A stretch of 64,000 nucleotides of DNA from Amoebidium appalachense (lineage: Eukaryota > Protista > Ichthyosporea): the NCBI GenBank assembly GCA_963693365.1, contig CAVNZM010000009.1, forward strand, positions 1,366,231 through 1,430,230, read 5' to 3'. Shown here piece after piece: positions 1 through 64,000 of the stretch. Numbering within the stretch: position 1 is the first letter of the stretch; each line of letters opens with the position of its first letter. The position numbers were made by a program, and so were the translations under genes. The notes below the pieces were generated by a model, which saw only the letters and a list, made by a program, of their open reading frames with translations, was not told where the DNA came from and made no database searches.

Positions 1-248
1 TAAATGGATGTCACACAGGCACATCCCACACACACCCCCACAACACAACCACACCCACCTACCCACCAAGCAACCCTCCCCACCAACCATCCACACATAC
101 AAGTAGAGGTGCATGCATGTACGAAGGGGTGCATGCAAACACACACACCCACGCTCCCCCCCCCCCCCCCCCCCCCCCCCCCCATAAAAAAAAAAAAAGA
201 AAGAAAAGAAAAGAAGAAAAAAAAGAAAAAAGGGAAAGAAAAACATAC

Positions 249-41998
<41,750 letters not shown>

Positions 41999-42364
41999 GT
42001 TTGGGCCTAAAGATGTCTTTTACCCTCACTAGCTACCATGTAGTAGTATGTACTAATACAAAGTTAACCCTGGCCTTAGACGTGGCAGCTCTTTCTAAAA
42101 CGGCAAAGTTTGTTCTTTCACCTCGGTGGCAGGCTTTTTGGGCTTGGGGGGCTCAACGGAGCCAACTGCCTAAATTCATTGAGATGCCGAATTTTAAAAC
42201 TTCCGCGCCGTGCGAAACAAATTGGCCTTATCAAAGACTCTTCTTCGAGTACCCAATCTTGTGGTATTTAGGCTGTCATCTTTGTGGCTCAGTCCGCAGA
42301 CGGAACAGCCTGCTCTCACTTCAGCCAACGCAGAAGGAGGACGAGTTGTGGTTGTCATCAAAAC
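41999..42364. promoter_or_regulatory. Probable bidirectional promoter between NBAS and GATC
   Basis: Divergent start codons only 366 bp apart; region free of microsatellites. Confidence 0.7.
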
Positions 42365-44025
42365 ATGTTTCTTCAATTACATAGACTAACGCCTCTATGG
42401 CGGAAGCAGCAGCGAATTACAATACAACTGAATTCACATATGCAAAATAGGTGGTTCTGTGCAGCTACCCCAACCAAGAGCACCTTTATCCATGGGGTAC
42501 GTGTGGCAAACAGCTGACCTCCGGCTGGAAGTTGTCGTGTGTGCAACTTACAGTTCTTTTTTGTTTTTTGTAGGTACCTTCAAGCCCAACGTGGTCTGTC
42601 CAGGAAATTTTGGCTAGCAGAGAGAATTCGCGCGCACTTGTGGGTAAGATCTCGCAACCTTCTTGTTGGCATCTGCCCAGACACACACCATGACACACCA
42701 CCTGCTCCGGCTCATCTTCCCGTTCCTCAGGCTCCTTGAAAATCCCACGCCTTCAAGCCCTAAAGCGCAACCCCACCACACCCTCCCCCCTCCCTCCCCC
42801 TCCCTCCTCATCCCCATTCCTCTCTCTCGCTCCCTCCCTTCCCTCCCTCCCTCCCTCCCTCCCTCCCTCCCTCCCTCCCTCCCTCCCTCTCTCTCTGTGT
42901 GTGTGTGTGCGTCCCCCCCCCCCAACCCCCCACTCCCCCTGGGTATGGGGGTATGTGCGTGTGAGCACATGTGCATATGATTTTCCCCGTGCTTGTGTGT
43001 GTGACCACGCACGAGGATGTGTTTCATTATGGTGGCCTGTGTGTGTCTGCCCTTCTCATGGACTAGACTTCCTGGGTTGGAAAACCGGAAAACTCAAGTA
43101 CTGTATTTTGTGGGGAAGGGAGGTGGGGAGGGGAGTGAGATTCTTGATTGGCTCTGTGTCTGAACGAGTGCTTATTTCTCACCACTATTTTAGGTGAAGA
43201 TGTCGTGAGATCAGCTGCTGCGCTTGCCCAACTGCCTATCAACGAAGGGTCTATTAAGAAGCTGCAGCAGGACTTTACTGGCTTGCTTCACTTTGTGGAG
43301 TACATACAGGGTGTAGATACGGTATGTGCACTATCCCCGTTTTCATTTTTGTGCCACATAATAGGGGGGGGAAATACTAAATCCACACCCAAAAGTGTTC
43401 ATGTTTGTTCATTTTTCAGCTTTTGGAACACCTTCCGCGGTCTTGTAATACAGAACGGATGTGATCTAACATACAGTGAATTCTAACGCTAATCCGTGTT
43501 TCTTTTTTGTCAACACAACATTCCAACTAGCTTCGTGCAAAAAGTAGGGTATCAAAGGGAAATCACAGACAACGTATGCAGGGGTGCAATCTAATGCCGT
43601 ATTCGTGCAGGAAGGTGTGGAGCCACTAGAGTCTGTTGTGGAGCACCAACTAGAGCTCAGAGAGGATGTGGTGACGGAGGGCAACTGTGCAGACAAGGTC
43701 CTAGCAAACGCTGCCAAGGTACGTTGGCTATGTGACAAGAACGTGATGCTTGTGTGCATGTGTGCGGGACACGTGCTTTGTGTTACTGTAAATGTCTGTG
43801 TAAAGGTGCGGCTGAATGTTAGCCATGTATGCGTGCGTTTTGTAGAGGGTGCTTGCGTCCCGCTTAATGTGTTTTTTTTGGTGACGAATCATCAGCACAT
43901 GTTGTTCCCTGGAAAAGTGGCAGTTCAGTTGGCTGACTTTGGCACGATGGCAACACCAACACCTTCAGGTGGAGGGGAAATACTTTGTAGCCTACAAGGC
44001 GCTGAACAGTGAGAACAAAGAGTAG
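42365..44025 (+). CDS. GATC: Glutamyl-tRNA(Gln) amidotransferase subunit C, mitochondrial; 5 exons, complete
   Basis: Exons 42365-42496, 42574-42643, 43194-43321, 43611-43718, 43969-44025 splice in frame (all GT-AG): Arg-rich, acid-free N-terminus MFLQLHRLTPLWRKQQR (presequence-like), PTWSV, LHFVEYIQGVDTEGVEPLESV, LELREDVVTEGNCADKVLANA, VEGKYFVA; stop TAG at 44023-44025. Confidence 0.93.
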
Positions 44026-44203
44026 CGGCACCCAACTTGACACTGCCCTGTACGGCCGCGTTTCAACCGCCTTTCCCATCCTTTCTCACTTCCGTTGTGA
44101 TAGCTGCATATCCGATATGTTCATGTCCTCGGTTCATTTCCAACCGAGGTTGACATGCAGAAGCAATAGGCAAGACTGGAGCGCGGAAGTGTTTTCTTCT
44201 CGA

Positions 44204-44715
44204 TCAGATAGATTTGGTGGGTTCCAGAACTTTAGGTGGACGGATGATAGTCTGCTGGGGAGCTGTGTAGATGGCACCCAGTTAGAACAATAACGGTGAA
44301 TTGGCTGATAGTGGTATATATGGGCAGGTTTTTTCGACTGTTGTATAGCGCACACTTTTGCACACTTCCTCCTTTTTTCTCTTATTACAATCTTGTTTGA
44401 AAATGACATGCATGTATGGTCCACACAACAAACCCACACACCAACAACGTACCTGCCTGAGTTGGGTCGCTGAATGGGGGTTTCGAATCATCAGCAACCA
44501 GCATGTACGGGCGCTGTGGCTTAGTGCTGGCTGGCCCAGCAGGGACCTTGGCTGCCGCAGTTGGCATGGTCGCTTTTGCCCTCCTGCGTGCTGTTAAGAA
44601 AATAAATTGTTTGTTCTGTAATTACGTAAACTACATGGGCACCCGTTTGCCGTCCTTCCCCTTTTTCTCGAAACTCGTTTTGGCTGGCGCGGCTCGTTGC
44701 TGCTGGTGCCGTCAT
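44204..44715 (-). CDS. Candidate small orphan protein (~89 aa, 3 exons)
   Basis: Exons 44643-44715, 44453-44590, 44204-44262 join in frame (270 nt) through GT-AG introns; intron 2 has CAG|GTACGT, a CTAAC branch motif and an ACAG acceptor. No homology recognised. Confidence 0.45.
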
Positions 44716-45076
44716 CTGGATATTTCTTCCATTTTTGGAGAAAATGGCGGGAAATTTTGTGATATTATGAAACTTTCCGAGTAGCAAGTAGGCCGAGTGG
44801 GATCAAGGAGGAGCGTCAGGAAAGGCAACGTTTTACAGTCGGTACATAGTAACTGGGCCGAGCTCTGTTCACTGCTAACTCTGTTGCTTGGGGTATATAA
44901 AGAATTGCTGATAGAAAAACTTATGCGTTGTAGTAAAGAAAGAATGCAAGAAGGTGTCGTGAAAAAGCTTCAATGATCAGAAAAATCTCCATCGTAGATC
45001 TGGCACGAAGAGCTAACACGTGTAAGACAACTTATCTAATGGGAAAGGCACGAAGGCTCTTTGTTTTGACGGAATC
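44716..45076. promoter_or_regulatory. MSH5 promoter region, possibly shared with the orphan minus-strand gene
   Basis: Repeat-free ~360 bp upstream of the MSH5 ATG; TATATAAA at ~44895. Confidence 0.45.
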
Positions 45077-63594
<18,518 letters not shown>

Positions 63595-64000
63595 GGTTCT
63601 GATTGCCCTCCCCTCCCCCTCCGCCCTTCCCCCCTCCCCCCCCCCCCCCTCCCCCCCCCCCCCCCAAAAAAAAAAAAAAAAATAGGTGCTATGAAGAAAC
63701 GGAAGAAACGAGAGGGAAAAGAAAGTAAAGAAACAAGAAGAGAGGGAAGGTGAGGAAGGTGAAGAAAAGCTTCTGGAAAGGAAGAAAGGTAAATAGACAA
63801 CTGGTAAAAAGAAAGGAAAAGAAAGGGAAAAAAATCACAGAAGAACCCATCAGCAAGCACATGTCACACACACACACAACACACAAATAGGTGCGGAGCG
63901 CTCACATGCACACGCGCGCTCACACACATACACACGAGCACACACAAAATTTAGACATACAAAACACGCCCACGGCACACACTCACACATACAAGCACCG

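Overview
Intron-rich eukaryotic genomic DNA, probably from a unicellular holozoan or similar protist (inference from animal-like proteins). Introns are saturated with (CA)n/(GT)n, (GA)n and long poly-G/poly-C tracts, so nearly all ORFs in the supplied track are repeat artefacts. Manual splicing gives three conserved genes: NBAS/Sec39 (minus strand, ATG 41998, runs off the left edge), mitochondrial GATC (plus, 42365-44025, complete) and meiotic MSH5 (plus, ATG 45077, runs off the right edge). A candidate orphan 3-exon gene lies at 44204-44715 (minus). NBAS introns hold two MITE-like DNA elements, several minisatellites and about 10 copies of four related retroposon-like subfamilies. These copies have a fixed 3' end fused to a poly-C tract (poly-G on the + strand), are 5'-truncated and sometimes form chains separated by G-tracts. 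They carry a covarying ~190-nt RNA structure with hammerhead-like motif halves. The longest copy ends in a peptide resembling the C-terminus of endonuclease-deficient Penelope-like reverse transcriptases. All protein identifications are from recalled motifs, not database searches.
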